Of a stretch of 50,898 bases of DNA, positions 28,271-37,677 are shown in pieces (the stretch's first letter is position 1; each line of letters opens with the position of its first letter). Under the pieces are notes generated by a model. It was not told the DNA's origin and did not search any database. It saw nothing but the letters and a program-made list of their open reading frames with translations. Location of the stretch: contig JAOZFH010000032.1 of the NCBI GenBank assembly GCA_027491415.1, forward strand, positions 1-50,898, written 5' to 3'. The stretch is from Thermoproteota archaeon. GTDB lineage: Archaea; Korarchaeota; Korarchaeia; Korarchaeales; Korarchaeaceae. A program made the position numbers and the translations under genes.

Positions 28271-29716
28271 ATGCTGTCCGTCCTCCGGAGGGTTGATGAG
28301 GTCAGGTGGCTCCTCCCGAAGGGATACAAGGCTGGAATGAGGGTTCCCGGTCTGATAATCTCCACCGAGAAGCTCATCCGAGGAGTCGAAAAGATGTCGG
28401 TCGATCAGCTGGCCAACGTCGCCACCCTGCCCGGCATCTACAAGTACTCTCTGGCCATGCCGGACATGCACTCGGGCTACGGCTTTCCGATCGGAGGCGT
28501 CGCGGCCTTCGACTCCTACGATGGGGTGATAAGCCCGGGAGGCGTCGGATTCGACATCAACTGTGGGGTCCGACTTCTCAGGACGGACTTGAGGGAGTCC
28601 GACGTTCGTCCAAGGCTCAAGCGGCTCGTAGACGAGCTGTTCTCCAACGTGCCCTCGGGGCTGGGCAGCAGGGGCAAGGTGAGGCTCTCCCCCGCCCAGC
28701 TGGACGAGGTCATAGTGATGGGGGCCAGGTGGGCCGTGGAGCACGGGTACGGATGGGAGGAGGACCTGGCCCACACCGAGGAGGGCGGCATGATGGAGGG
28801 CGCCGACCCCAACGCGATCGGCCGGAGGGCCAAGGAGAGGGGCGCCCCCCAGCTCGGCTCCCTCGGGAGCGGGAACCACTTCCTCGAGGTCCAGGTGGTG
28901 GACAAGATCTACGACCCCGAGGCCGCGAGGGCCATGGGGATCGAAGAGCCGGGCCAGGTAACAGTGATGATACACACCGGGAGCAGGGGATTCGGCCACC
29001 AGGTCGCCGACGACTACCTGGGCTTGATGCTCAGGGAGGCCAGGAACCTGGACTTCAGGCTCCCCGACAGGCAGCTGGTCTGTGCCTACGCGAACTCCAA
29101 GCTGGCCCAGAGGTACTTCGCCGCCATGAAGGGGGCCGCGAACTACGCGTGGGCCAACAGGCAGATGATTGTCCACTGGGTCAGGGAGTCTTTCGAGGCG
29201 GTCTTTGGGAGGTCGGCCGAGGACATGGGGATGAGGATGGTCTACGATGTGGCCCACAACATAGCCAAGCTGGAGGAGCACGTAGTGGATGGGAAGACCG
29301 TCAAGGTCTTCGTGCACAGGAAGGGCGCCACCAGGGCCTTCCCACCCGGCAGGCCGGAGATCCCGTCGGACTACAGAGACATCGGCCAGCCCGTCCTGAT
29401 ACCGGGGTCCCAGGGGACTGCCAGCTACGTCATGGTCGGCACGGAGCAGGCCATGCGGGAGACCTTCGGGACCTCCGCCCATGGCGCCGGCAGGGTGATG
29501 AGCAGGGCCCGCGCCAAGAGGACCTACAGGGGAGGCCAGATCGTGGAGATGCTCGCCAAGAGGGGCATCATAGTGAAGCCGGCCTCCCTGGCGGTGGCCG
29601 CCGAGGAAGCTCCCGGCGCCTACAAGGATGTCGACGAGGTCGTCCTGGCCACCCACAAGGCCGGAATCGCGAGGATGGTGGCCAGGCTCACGCCTATCGG
29701 CGTTGTCAAGGGGTGA
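28271..29716 (+). CDS. rtcB: tRNA-splicing ligase RtcB
   Basis: [45 protein letters not shown]. Confidence 0.97.
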   Translation: MLSVLRRVDEVRWLLPKGYKAGMRVPGLIISTEKLIRGVEKMSVDQLANVATLPGIYKYSLAMPDMHSGYGFPIGGVAAFDSYDGVISPGGVGFDINCGVRLLRTDLRESDVRPRLKRLVDELFSNVPSGLGSRGKVRLSPAQLDEVIVMGARWAVEHGYGWEEDLAHTEEGGMMEGADPNAIGRRAKERGAPQLGSLGSGNHFLEVQVVDKIYDPEAARAMGIEEPGQVTVMIHTGSRGFGHQVADDYLGLMLREARNLDFRLPDRQLVCAYANSKLAQRYFAAMKGAANYAWANRQMIVHWVRESFEAVFGRSAEDMGMRMVYDVAHNIAKLEEHVVDGKTVKVFVHRKGATRAFPPGRPEIPSDYRDIGQPVLIPGSQGTASYVMVGTEQAMRETFGTSAHGAGRVMSRARAKRTYRGGQIVEMLAKRGIIVKPASLAVAAEEAPGAYKDVDEVVLATHKAGIARMVARLTPIGVVKG

Positions 29717-29729
29717 GGTGAACGCCGAG

Positions 29730-30521
29730 ATGTCGAACGCGCGAGAGGGAGAGATCAAGGAGGGGGACTTCGTCCTGGTCAACGTCAAGGTCGCGGACGC
29801 CGAGACCGGAAAGGTCTACATGACCACCATTGAGGAGGAGGCCCGAGAGGCCGGTATCTACTCTCCAGATGACCTGTACGAGCCCATGCTGATAGTGGTG
29901 GGGGAGGGCAGGATATTCAAGAGGGCCGAGGAGTCCATGGTCGGGCGCAGCGTCGGGGAGGAGATCGAGGTAGAGTTAGAACCCAAGGATGCCTTCGGGG
30001 AGTATGATCCCGACAAGGAGAAGATCTTCCCCATCTCACGGCTGGAGAAGGCTGGCATCAAGGATGTGGCCGTCGGAGACATCATAAGATACGGCGACGA
30101 GAGGGGGGTGGTCAGGTCGATCAGCGGAGGCAGGGTTCGAGTAGACTTCAACCATCCCCTCGCAGGCAGGAGAATAAGGGTCTGGCTGAGACCCGAGGCC
30201 ATCCTGACGGACCCGGCGGAGAGGTTGAGGGCCCTCGTGGCCAGGTACTTCGAGGTGCCGCTGGGCAAGGTGAACGCCAGGATCGACGGAGAGGTCGCCG
30301 AGGTGGAGCTCCCGCCGACGGCCTACACGAGGAGGGATGCGTTCGTCAGAAAGATCAGGGTCATGTCCGCCGTCATGAGGTGGCTGAAAGACTTGAAGCG
30401 GGTGAGATTTGTGGAGGAGTACGAGGTCCCAGAGGAAGAGGCCGAGGCCGCAGAGCTGGAGGAGGGTGCCGGAGAGGCTGAGGTAGAGGCGAGCTCAGAG
30501 GCGGCCTCGAGGGAGCCCTAA
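29730..30521 (+). CDS. Long-type FKBP peptidyl-prolyl isomerase
   Basis: EGDFVLV, PKDAFG, SGGRVRVDFNHPLAG, acidic C-tail. Confidence 0.92.
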   Translation: MSNAREGEIKEGDFVLVNVKVADAETGKVYMTTIEEEAREAGIYSPDDLYEPMLIVVGEGRIFKRAEESMVGRSVGEEIEVELEPKDAFGEYDPDKEKIFPISRLEKAGIKDVAVGDIIRYGDERGVVRSISGGRVRVDFNHPLAGRRIRVWLRPEAILTDPAERLRALVARYFEVPLGKVNARIDGEVAEVELPPTAYTRRDAFVRKIRVMSAVMRWLKDLKRVRFVEEYEVPEEEAEAAELEEGAGEAEVEASSEAASREP

Positions 30522-31000
30522 ACCCCCTGAATCTCGACGAGACACGCAGCCAGGTCCTCCCCCTTGGGGCACCTGAGATCCCTGGGGAGGACCTCGACTA
30601 TCTTGATTCGGTCGCCCGCCTTCAGACCAGGCGGCTCACACAGATCCCTGTTTTCGCACTCACTGGGACAGCTGGGCGGTCTAAATCTGAGAACAGCCCC
30701 GACCACTGCCTGGCGCTTGGGGATGGCAACCTCGATCGGGGGGATGTGGACCTCAACAGGGACCACCTCGCTCCCGTGAAGGTCGCAGGGGAACTTCTTC
30801 TTGGGGATCGCCGACATCACCTCGTAGACTCGTCCCTCTGTCAGGTTCTCAACGCACACGGACCTGAGCCTGCATCTGCCGCAGGCTTCCGCGGGCCCCG
30901 CGAATAGGAAGCGATAGCCAGCCTTGGCCTGACCCTTAGGGATTAGTGTGACTAACCTCCTTCCCAACCCTCCAACCCTTTCCGGGCCGGCCCCCACCAA
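30518..31000 (-). CDS. UPF0179 family protein
   Basis: TLIP...AKAGYRF.F.G...CxxC..C..NL..GRVYEV; second Cys cluster. Confidence 0.82.
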   Translation of the reverse strand: MVGAGPERVGGLGRRLVTLIPKGQAKAGYRFLFAGPAEACGRCRLRSVCVENLTEGRVYEVMSAIPKKKFPCDLHGSEVVPVEVHIPPIEVAIPKRQAVVGAVLRFRPPSCPSECENRDLCEPPGLKAGDRIKIVEVLPRDLRCPKGEDLAACLVEIQGV

Positions 31001-31079
31001 TCCTTATTAATACGCGATCCCCAGAGGGATCGAGGAGCGCCGGGACTGGCGCCCGCTTTTCCACACCCCGTGGAAGGAG

Positions 31080-31772
31080 ATGTCAGAGATGCTACCAGAC
31101 GGAGTTTTGGGAAGGATCCCCCTTAGAGAGTCCGAGCTTGAGAAGGTCAGGGAGAGGCTTCTGAAGGGCACGACGACCGTGGGGGTCAAGGCAGAAGGGG
31201 GAGTCGTGATAGCCTCCGACAGGAGGGCGTCGGCTGAGACCTTTGTGGCCAGCAAGAAGGCCAAGAAGATGATACAGATAGACGAGAGGAGCGTTGTCAC
31301 AATATCTGGGCTGGTGGCAGACGGACAGTTCCTAGTGAACAATCTGAAGACTTTCTCCTCTCTCTACAGGCTCGAGCACGGCCAAGACATGCCCACCCTC
31401 GCGAAGGCCCGGTATCTGGCGCTGCTGCTGAAGTCCTTCAGGCCGGTCCTCCTCATTGCCCACATGATAATCGGAGGGGTGGATTCAACCGGGCCGCGCC
31501 TGTTCAACGTGGACTTCTTCGGCACGATGACCGAAGAAGAGTACCTGGCTACGGGCTCGGGATCGCCGGTTGCCATTTCAGTCATTGAGGAGGGCTACCG
31601 CAAGGGGATGCCCGTTGACGAGGCAAAGGACCTCGTGATATCCGCCATGGCGGCGGCGATCTCAAGAGACTCGGCTACCGGAGACGGGATGGATGTGGCT
31701 GTGATAACCGGAGAGGGGGTTCGCTTCCTCTCCCCAAAGGAGATAGAGGAGCTTCTCAAGACCGCGCGTTAG
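31080..31772 (+). CDS. psmB: Proteasome beta subunit
   Basis: Propeptide then KG|TTTVG, ASDRRAS, ATGSGS, RDSATGDG. Confidence 0.96.
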   Translation: MSEMLPDGVLGRIPLRESELEKVRERLLKGTTTVGVKAEGGVVIASDRRASAETFVASKKAKKMIQIDERSVVTISGLVADGQFLVNNLKTFSSLYRLEHGQDMPTLAKARYLALLLKSFRPVLLIAHMIIGGVDSTGPRLFNVDFFGTMTEEEYLATGSGSPVAISVIEEGYRKGMPVDEAKDLVISAMAAAISRDSATGDGMDVAVITGEGVRFLSPKEIEELLKTAR

Positions 31773-31773
31773 G

Positions 31774-33705
31774 GTGGCCACCAGCATGGTTCCTCGCCAC
31801 GATACGAGGTACCTCCCCGCGGATCAGCTGAAGCGGAGGGTTCGCGCGGAGCTCTCAAAGCTGGGCAAGGTAGAGAAGGTGGAGCTAGAGGGGCCCTTCG
31901 TCGTCGCCTATGTCTCGAACCTGCCCGACTTCCTCGACAGCGGGGGCGTGCTGGGTGAGATAGCCAAGACGCTGAAGAAGAAGATCATAATTCGGTCCGC
32001 TAAGCCCATCCTCTCGCCTCAGGAGGCTAAGAGGAAGATCAAGGAACTCATCCCCGACCGCGCCGAGATAGTCGATATGGAGTTCGTGGAGGAAACTGGG
32101 GAGGTGTACATCCTTGCCAAGAGGACTGGATACGTCGTGGGAAAGGCCGGATCGAGCATAAACGAGGTCCTCAAGGCTACGGGGTGGCGCCCCGTCGTCA
32201 TGAGAGCTCCGACGATGCAGTCAACGTTCCTCAACATCCTCTACAACCTGCTCATCGAGGGGGCCCATGAGAGGAAGAAGAACCTGAGGAGGATCGCCAA
32301 GAGGATCTTTAGAGAACCTGTTCCCTTGGGGAGGGGACTCACGATCACGTTCCTCGGCGGTGCCAGGGAGGTCGGCAGGTCCAGCCTACTCGTCAGGACG
32401 GGGGAGAGCTCCGTGTTGCTGGACGCCGGCATAGGCGTGGGGGGCGGGGACTTCTTCCCGAGGTACGACCTCCCGGACCTCGACCTGGACGAGCTGGATG
32501 CGGTCATAGTGACCCACGCCCACCTCGACCACTCCGGCGCCCTCCCCCTCCTGTTCAAGTACGGGTACAGGGGCCCGGTCTACGTCACTAGGCCCACCCG
32601 GGACCTGATCACGCTGCTGCTCTACGACTACATCAACGTCTCCATGCGAACGGGAAAGCTCCCTTACTTCGGTGAGAGGGAGATAAGGCTCCTGATCAAC
32701 CACATGATAGCCCTCGACTACGGCGAGACCGTTGACATATCCCCCGACATCAAGCTCACCTTCTACAACGCCGGGCACATACTGGGCTCTGCACTGGCCC
32801 ACCTCAACGTGCTCAGCGCGAGGCACAACATCCTCTACACGGGTGACTTCAGGTACAGGGACACCAAGCTCCTGAGCAGGGCCCACACCAAGTTCCCGAG
32901 GGTCGAGACCGTCATAATGGAGACCACCTACTCCGGAGAGGGGGACGTCATGCCTCCACTTCAGGAGGCGGAGCGCCAACTGATCTCCATAATCGAGGAG
33001 ACGGTCGCCAAGGGCGGCAAGGTGCTTATCCCTGCCCTGTCGGTCGGCAGGGCTCAAGAGGTCATGCTGAGCTTGGTGGACGCCTTCTCAAAGGGCGAAC
33101 TCCCTGACATCCCCGTGTACATCGACGGCATGATCTACGACGCCACGGCAATCCACACGGCCTACCCCGACTACATGTCGGACTACATGAAGTCAAAGGT
33201 CTTCAAGGAGGATGTCGACCCCTTCACGGAGCCGCACATCACGCCGGTGAGCAGCAGGGAGGACAGGGAGGCGATCGTCGAGGGCGGTCCCGCGATAATC
33301 TTGGCCCCGTCCGGTATGCTCGCTGGAGGGCCGAGCGTCGAGTACCTATCCATGCTGGCCGACGACGAGAGAAACGCCGTGGTTCTGGTCAGCTATCAGC
33401 CCCCAGGCACCCTGGGAAGAGCCCTGAAGGAGGGGGCCAAGGAGATCACGGTCACGAGGAACGGCGCCCCGACCAGAACCCAGGTGAGAGCCTGCGTCTG
33501 CTCGGTGGAGGGGTTCTCTGCGCACGCCGACAGGGTCCAGCTGCTCAGCTGGATGGGTCGCGTCTCTCCGAGACCTAGGAGGTTCATCCTAGTGCACGGC
33601 GAGGAGAGGAAGATAGCGTCCTTCCGCCCGATAGCGGAGAGGACCTTCAGGGGCCAGGCAGCCGTGCTGGCTCCTAGGGTGTCCGAGAGGCTATCCCTGG
33701 CCTGA
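31774..33705 (+). CDS. beta-CASP ribonuclease aCPSF1 (FttA)
   Basis: N-terminal KH domains, EVGRS, THAHLDHSG, NAGHILGS, GFSAHAD, VHGE; psmB synteny. Confidence 0.93.
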   Translation: MATSMVPRHDTRYLPADQLKRRVRAELSKLGKVEKVELEGPFVVAYVSNLPDFLDSGGVLGEIAKTLKKKIIIRSAKPILSPQEAKRKIKELIPDRAEIVDMEFVEETGEVYILAKRTGYVVGKAGSSINEVLKATGWRPVVMRAPTMQSTFLNILYNLLIEGAHERKKNLRRIAKRIFREPVPLGRGLTITFLGGAREVGRSSLLVRTGESSVLLDAGIGVGGGDFFPRYDLPDLDLDELDAVIVTHAHLDHSGALPLLFKYGYRGPVYVTRPTRDLITLLLYDYINVSMRTGKLPYFGEREIRLLINHMIALDYGETVDISPDIKLTFYNAGHILGSALAHLNVLSARHNILYTGDFRYRDTKLLSRAHTKFPRVETVIMETTYSGEGDVMPPLQEAERQLISIIEETVAKGGKVLIPALSVGRAQEVMLSLVDAFSKGELPDIPVYIDGMIYDATAIHTAYPDYMSDYMKSKVFKEDVDPFTEPHITPVSSREDREAIVEGGPAIILAPSGMLAGGPSVEYLSMLADDERNAVVLVSYQPPGTLGRALKEGAKEITVTRNGAPTRTQVRACVCSVEGFSAHADRVQLLSWMGRVSPRPRRFILVHGEERKIASFRPIAERTFRGQAAVLAPRVSERLSLA

Positions 33706-33706
33706 T

Positions 33707-34114
33707 TCACTCCTCCTTAGGACTGCTCCAGACTGCCACGAAGCTCGGAACCACGAGAAGGGGCGGGTAGTCTTCCGTCTTAATGAGCACAACCTCGCCG
33801 CCCATCCGCTGGACCTTCTCCTTCAGCTGCTGCAGCGCTATTCGGAGTTCCTGACTGCTCTTATTGGCCAGCTCGTCGTACCGAACTATCACTATATTGT
33901 TGTCGCTGACCTCCCCGAGGATCAGGTCAATGTCCGTCATGCTCCTCAGGTCAACGGGCTTTATCGCCAGGGGCTTTTCTTCCATGGCCGGGTGGACTGG
34001 GGGGATGTCCTCCAGACCCTCGACATCTTCGTACTCTCCCTCCTCGTAGTACTCGTCATAGTACTCTTCTTCCTCATCTCCCCGCCTGCCGAAGATCTTC
34101 CTGAAGAAACCCAA
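33707..34114 (-). CDS. sepF: Cell division protein SepF
   Basis: Amphipathic MGFFRKIFG, acidic linker, core NNIVIV...LKEKVQRMGGEVV...VVPSFV. Confidence 0.8.
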   Translation of the reverse strand: MGFFRKIFGRRGDEEEEYYDEYYEEGEYEDVEGLEDIPPVHPAMEEKPLAIKPVDLRSMTDIDLILGEVSDNNIVIVRYDELANKSSQELRIALQQLKEKVQRMGGEVVLIKTEDYPPLLVVPSFVAVWSSPKEE

Positions 34115-34241
34115 AGCTCCACACCTTCCCGAGACGTCATTTTGCCGGGCCCACGCTATTTAAAGGATGTCGGGCGGAGGGCTTACGCGATCGCGCCAAA
34201 GTTTAATTCCCCGAGAGCGACTAGCACCTGGGCGCGGGCGC

Positions 34242-34502
34242 ATGAGCAACGCCATGCAGTACCTCACCAGGAACATGAATGGAAACGTGCTGGTGTCCCT
34301 CAAGAACGGGTCTTGGGTTCGGGGCATACTCAGGGCCTTTGACAACCACCTCAACCTGATAGTCGACAACGCTGAGGAGATGTACCACGTGCAGACCTCT
34401 GAGGGGGTCCAGCTTAAGACTACCAGGCTTGGCAAGAGGATACTCATCCGAGGGGACACGGTGGTGGCCATCTCGACCCCCGGCGGTTCTGGGGGGAAGT
34501 AG
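34242..34502 (+). CDS. Sm-like (Lsm/SmAP) protein
   Basis: VLVSLKNG..VRGILRAFDNHLNL, ILIRGDTVV; adjacent to rpl37e. Confidence 0.94.
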   Translation: MSNAMQYLTRNMNGNVLVSLKNGSWVRGILRAFDNHLNLIVDNAEEMYHVQTSEGVQLKTTRLGKRILIRGDTVVAISTPGGSGGK

Positions 34503-34541
34503 CGCAGTCGGGCCGAGTGCTGAACTCGGGGGTGTCTGGCT

Positions 34542-34733
34542 ATGGTGAAGGGGACTCCCTCCATGGGAAAGAGGTCCCGTGGTAAGACCCACATCCGCTG
34601 CAGAAGGTGCGGGAGGCATTCGTACAACGTGAGAAAGAAGTACTGCGCGGCCTGCGGATTTGGCAGGAGCAAGCGGATGAGAAGGTACTCCTGGCAGAAC
34701 AAGATTCCCTACCGCAGGATCCGCGTCGTCTGA
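34542..34733 (+). CDS. rpl37e: 50S ribosomal protein eL37
   Basis: [25 protein letters not shown]. Confidence 0.97.
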   Translation: MVKGTPSMGKRSRGKTHIRCRRCGRHSYNVRKKYCAACGFGRSKRMRRYSWQNKIPYRRIRVV

Positions 34734-34816
34734 GCGTCTGAAGAGCCTCCGACGACCTGAGTGACCACGGGCGCGACGCTGGCCCCAGGTTATATACTGC
34801 TCGACAGCGGCTGGCG

Positions 34817-36142
34817 ATGACCGACACGAGGGCGGTCGGCGTCGTCGGAACGGGGGGCGTGGGAAAGACAACGATCTCTTTTCTCTTGGCGCTTGCGCTT
34901 TCCTACGGATCTCGAAGGGAGCTCTCGAGGATTGCGGCCGTCGACGCAGACGTGACGGAGGCCATGCTGACTAAGATGCTTCTCGGTCGCTGGTCGGGGC
35001 CTGACTTGGTGGATCTCCTGCTCGACAGGGCAGACCTCGACTCCGTCTTGATCGCCCCCCGTGTCCTACTGTCGATTCCGGGAGAAAGGGTGTCACCTCC
35101 GGGGTTGAGACCCCTCTCGGTCATTCCGGGGGCGCATTCGAGGGTAGAGGAGGTAAGGTCGCTCGGCGCGGAGCGTCTCAGGGAGTCGCTAGGGAGAATC
35201 CGGGCGGCCTTGGAGGAGAGGGGTATCGAGCTGGCGCTCGTTGACTTCCCTCCCGGGGATCCCTCCCTCACGGAGTTTGCCCACGCGCTCTCCGAGTGGA
35301 TAGACGCGGCCGTCGCAGTGGTCACCCCCTCGAGAAGGAGGGTTGTCGCCACGGCTTCGATGTGCCGGGCGCTGGAGGACAGGGGAGCACCGACGGTGAC
35401 GGTGATCCTAAACAGGTTTCACAAGTCAGAGCCCTTCGACGAGACCGGGATGAGGTGGGAAGACCTGGTGGACACCTACTTCGGGAGGCGCCCCATAGTC
35501 TTGCCGGACGACCCCGAGCTGGCGAGGATTATGGCCCACGACGCCATCCCACTGGACAGGCTCCCCAGGCTGCGACCAGTCAGGGTCTTAGCTGAGCGCC
35601 TAGACACCATCTTGGAGCGAGTTGAGGCGATTCGCATAGAAAAGGCCCGCCCAGCTCCTGAGACGCCTGCGCCCAGCTTTGAGAGCGTAGAGTCGGAACT
35701 CAGGGAGATCTTCTCGTCCGAGCCCCACCCGGAGCTCCAGCCGACAAGATCGAGCGGCCTGCCTCCCATTCACCCGGTGTCCGCGGAGGCGCCTCAAGCT
35801 CACCGACAGGCTGGCACCGGCGGGGCCCCCGGCAAGGCACCCCAGGAGGCCCCAACCTCAGAGGGGCGGTCGGAGAGGTCGGGCATAGCGGCGAAGGTTC
35901 AGGGGAAGTTGAAGAGGCTACTGGGTGGGTCGTTTGAGGTCAGATATCCAGACGGGCGAGTCGTGAGGGTGAAGAAGTCGGTAATCAGGTCCGCCCTGGA
36001 GATGGCCGGGCTCGACAGGGTGGCGCTTGAGTCCTACATGAGGTCAGGCTCGGTGAACTTAGCCGAATTGAGAAGTGCAGAGCTGGGAGCGTGGAGATTC
36101 GCTCTCCTCGCGTCTGGTCTGGAGCCGATGGATGGGTGGTGA
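34817..36142 (+). CDS. MinD/ParA-family ATPase, TadZ/CpaE-like, with Pro-rich linker and C-terminal domain
   Basis: GTGGVGKTT, AVDAD, LVDFPPG, VILNRF; TTATATA box at 34790-34796; first gene of the pilus operon. Confidence 0.75.
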   Translation: MTDTRAVGVVGTGGVGKTTISFLLALALSYGSRRELSRIAAVDADVTEAMLTKMLLGRWSGPDLVDLLLDRADLDSVLIAPRVLLSIPGERVSPPGLRPLSVIPGAHSRVEEVRSLGAERLRESLGRIRAALEERGIELALVDFPPGDPSLTEFAHALSEWIDAAVAVVTPSRRRVVATASMCRALEDRGAPTVTVILNRFHKSEPFDETGMRWEDLVDTYFGRRPIVLPDDPELARIMAHDAIPLDRLPRLRPVRVLAERLDTILERVEAIRIEKARPAPETPAPSFESVESELREIFSSEPHPELQPTRSSGLPPIHPVSAEAPQAHRQAGTGGAPGKAPQEAPTSEGRSERSGIAAKVQGKLKRLLGGSFEVRYPDGRVVRVKKSVIRSALEMAGLDRVALESYMRSGSVNLAELRSAELGAWRFALLASGLEPMDGW

Positions 36143-36151
36143 TGCTTTTCG

Positions 36152-36946
36152 ATGACCTCGAGTCCGTCTAGGACCCTGGTTGTCCTCGTGGGCGCCTACT
36201 CCTTGGTCGCCGTCGCCCTGCTCACCGGGGCCCTTGGGGGGGTGGCCGGGCCGCCGGAGTCGCGTGAGATCTTCAACTCGCCGCTGGAGGCCGCGCTGAC
36301 CGGGGCTCTCGGTGGACTCGTTGGCTATCTCCTCTCCTTCTCCAGCGCAGGCGTGTTGGGCCTGGTTTATGCCTCAAGCCTGTCCGGAATGTCCCGCGGC
36401 TCTACCTTGATCGACCTCTTGGTGAGGGGGTCTCTTTTGGCTCCAGCCGTGTTTGGATTCTCTGACTTTGCCAGCGTGTGCCTTGCCTGGCGATACGGTT
36501 ACGCCAAGTCCGCCAGGTCCGTGCTCAAGTTCACGGGATACGCCGTAGTGATGGGGGCCGCCGCGGCCCTGGCGCTGCCCCCGAGGTGCTCCACCGCCGC
36601 CTGGTGGGCCGTCCGGCTCGACTCTCTGGCGGCCGGAACGTCTGTCTTGGCGATCCCGGCGTGGGCCTACCTTCGGTCCGGAGAGAGGACAATGCGGGGG
36701 ACCGGTCTCGCCCTCGCGACATCGGCGGCCGCTCTGCTTGTGTCTTCGACGTCGGGCGCGCTCGGGGCGCTCGCCGGTGCCTTCTCGGGAGCGATCCCTT
36801 GGCTCATCCCGCGCCGCCTGTTCTTCCGGAAGGTAGTCGAGATTCCCCCGCCGCCAGTTGGACCTAGGGTACAGCGGTCGGTGGCGGATGACATCGCGGA
36901 GGTGAGGCGCCTCATCCTGGAGAGGATGGCCGAGGGGGGTCTCTGA
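36152..36946 (+). CDS. Multi-pass membrane protein of the pilus operon
   Basis: About 7 hydrophobic segments; stop overlaps the next ATG (TGATG). Confidence 0.65.
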   Translation: MTSSPSRTLVVLVGAYSLVAVALLTGALGGVAGPPESREIFNSPLEAALTGALGGLVGYLLSFSSAGVLGLVYASSLSGMSRGSTLIDLLVRGSLLAPAVFGFSDFASVCLAWRYGYAKSARSVLKFTGYAVVMGAAAALALPPRCSTAAWWAVRLDSLAAGTSVLAIPAWAYLRSGERTMRGTGLALATSAAALLVSSTSGALGALAGAFSGAIPWLIPRRLFFRKVVEIPPPPVGPRVQRSVADDIAEVRRLILERMAEGGL

Positions 36947-37347
36947 TGTTTGCGCCGATTCTGGCGGCTCTCTCCCTGCTCCTCGCCGGAGCGCTGTCGC
37001 CCCCGGCCGCGGCCCCAGCCTGCCTAGTCGTCCTCATTGAGGCGTCGCTGGAGGCCCGCGGGTGGATTCGGGGGCGAAGAAGGAGAAAGTTACTCCTCAG
37101 AGTCTTAGAGCGGGCCAGAGAGCTTAAAGAAGCCGGACACCGCGAGAGGTCCAGAGAGCTGATCCTCTCCGCCATAAGGTACGAGCTGGCCGCTAGGCTG
37201 TCTCAGCCCCTCAACTCCGACTTGGCCGAGCTCTCACCCGCCCTGCCCAGGGCTTGGAGGGACCTGCTGTCTTCCGGGTCGGCGGACGACCTCCTCAGGG
37301 CGGCCGAGGTCCTTCTCTCCGGGGAGTCCCGGCCCCGCCTTTTATAG
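36946..37347 (+). CDS. Membrane-anchored helical protein of the pilus operon
   Basis: Hydrophobic N-terminus, charged helical C-terminus; translationally coupled. Confidence 0.55.
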   Translation: MFAPILAALSLLLAGALSPPAAAPACLVVLIEASLEARGWIRGRRRRKLLLRVLERARELKEAGHRERSRELILSAIRYELAARLSQPLNSDLAELSPALPRAWRDLLSSGSADDLLRAAEVLLSGESRPRLL

Positions 37348-37374
37348 CCGCCGAGGCCGCCAGTCGGTGATCCC

Positions 37375-37665
37375 GTGGAGGAGGTACGCCGGCGTCTTCC
37401 CGGCTATCTGATCGAGTTTCTCGAGGATGAGAGGGGGGTCACTCAGACGGTCGAGCAGGCTCTCCTCATAGCCGCCACGATAGCCGCGTTCTTCGTCCTG
37501 GTCGTCAATCCTGTGGCGGGCGTCGTGGACCTGGTGTGGAACCTGCCAGAACTCGCCGACAAGAAGTTCCTCGACTTTGTGACCGAGCTGAGAGATCGAT
37601 TGGGCGGCATCTTCCACTGGGGAGAGGGACAGGCTAACTTGACTGCGAACTCGACTGTTCCCTGA
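37375..37665 (+). CDS. Flp-like type IV pilin precursor
   Basis: FLEDERG|VTQTVEQALLIAATIAAFFVLVV: class III signal resembling Flp FxxDExG|ATAIEY; TTTTATA box at 37340-37346. Confidence 0.72.
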   Translation: MEEVRRRLPGYLIEFLEDERGVTQTVEQALLIAATIAAFFVLVVNPVAGVVDLVWNLPELADKKFLDFVTELRDRLGGIFHWGEGQANLTANSTVP

Positions 37666-37677
37666 AGGGGGAGGGCC

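Noticed and set aside
28232-29788. Long alternative-frame and antisense ORFs over rtcB (518 aa, 471 aa), and similar ones over ftsZ, rpo7 and gcvPB
   Set aside because: Shadow ORFs expected from high GC at third codon positions; no motifs, and they fully overlap well-supported genes.
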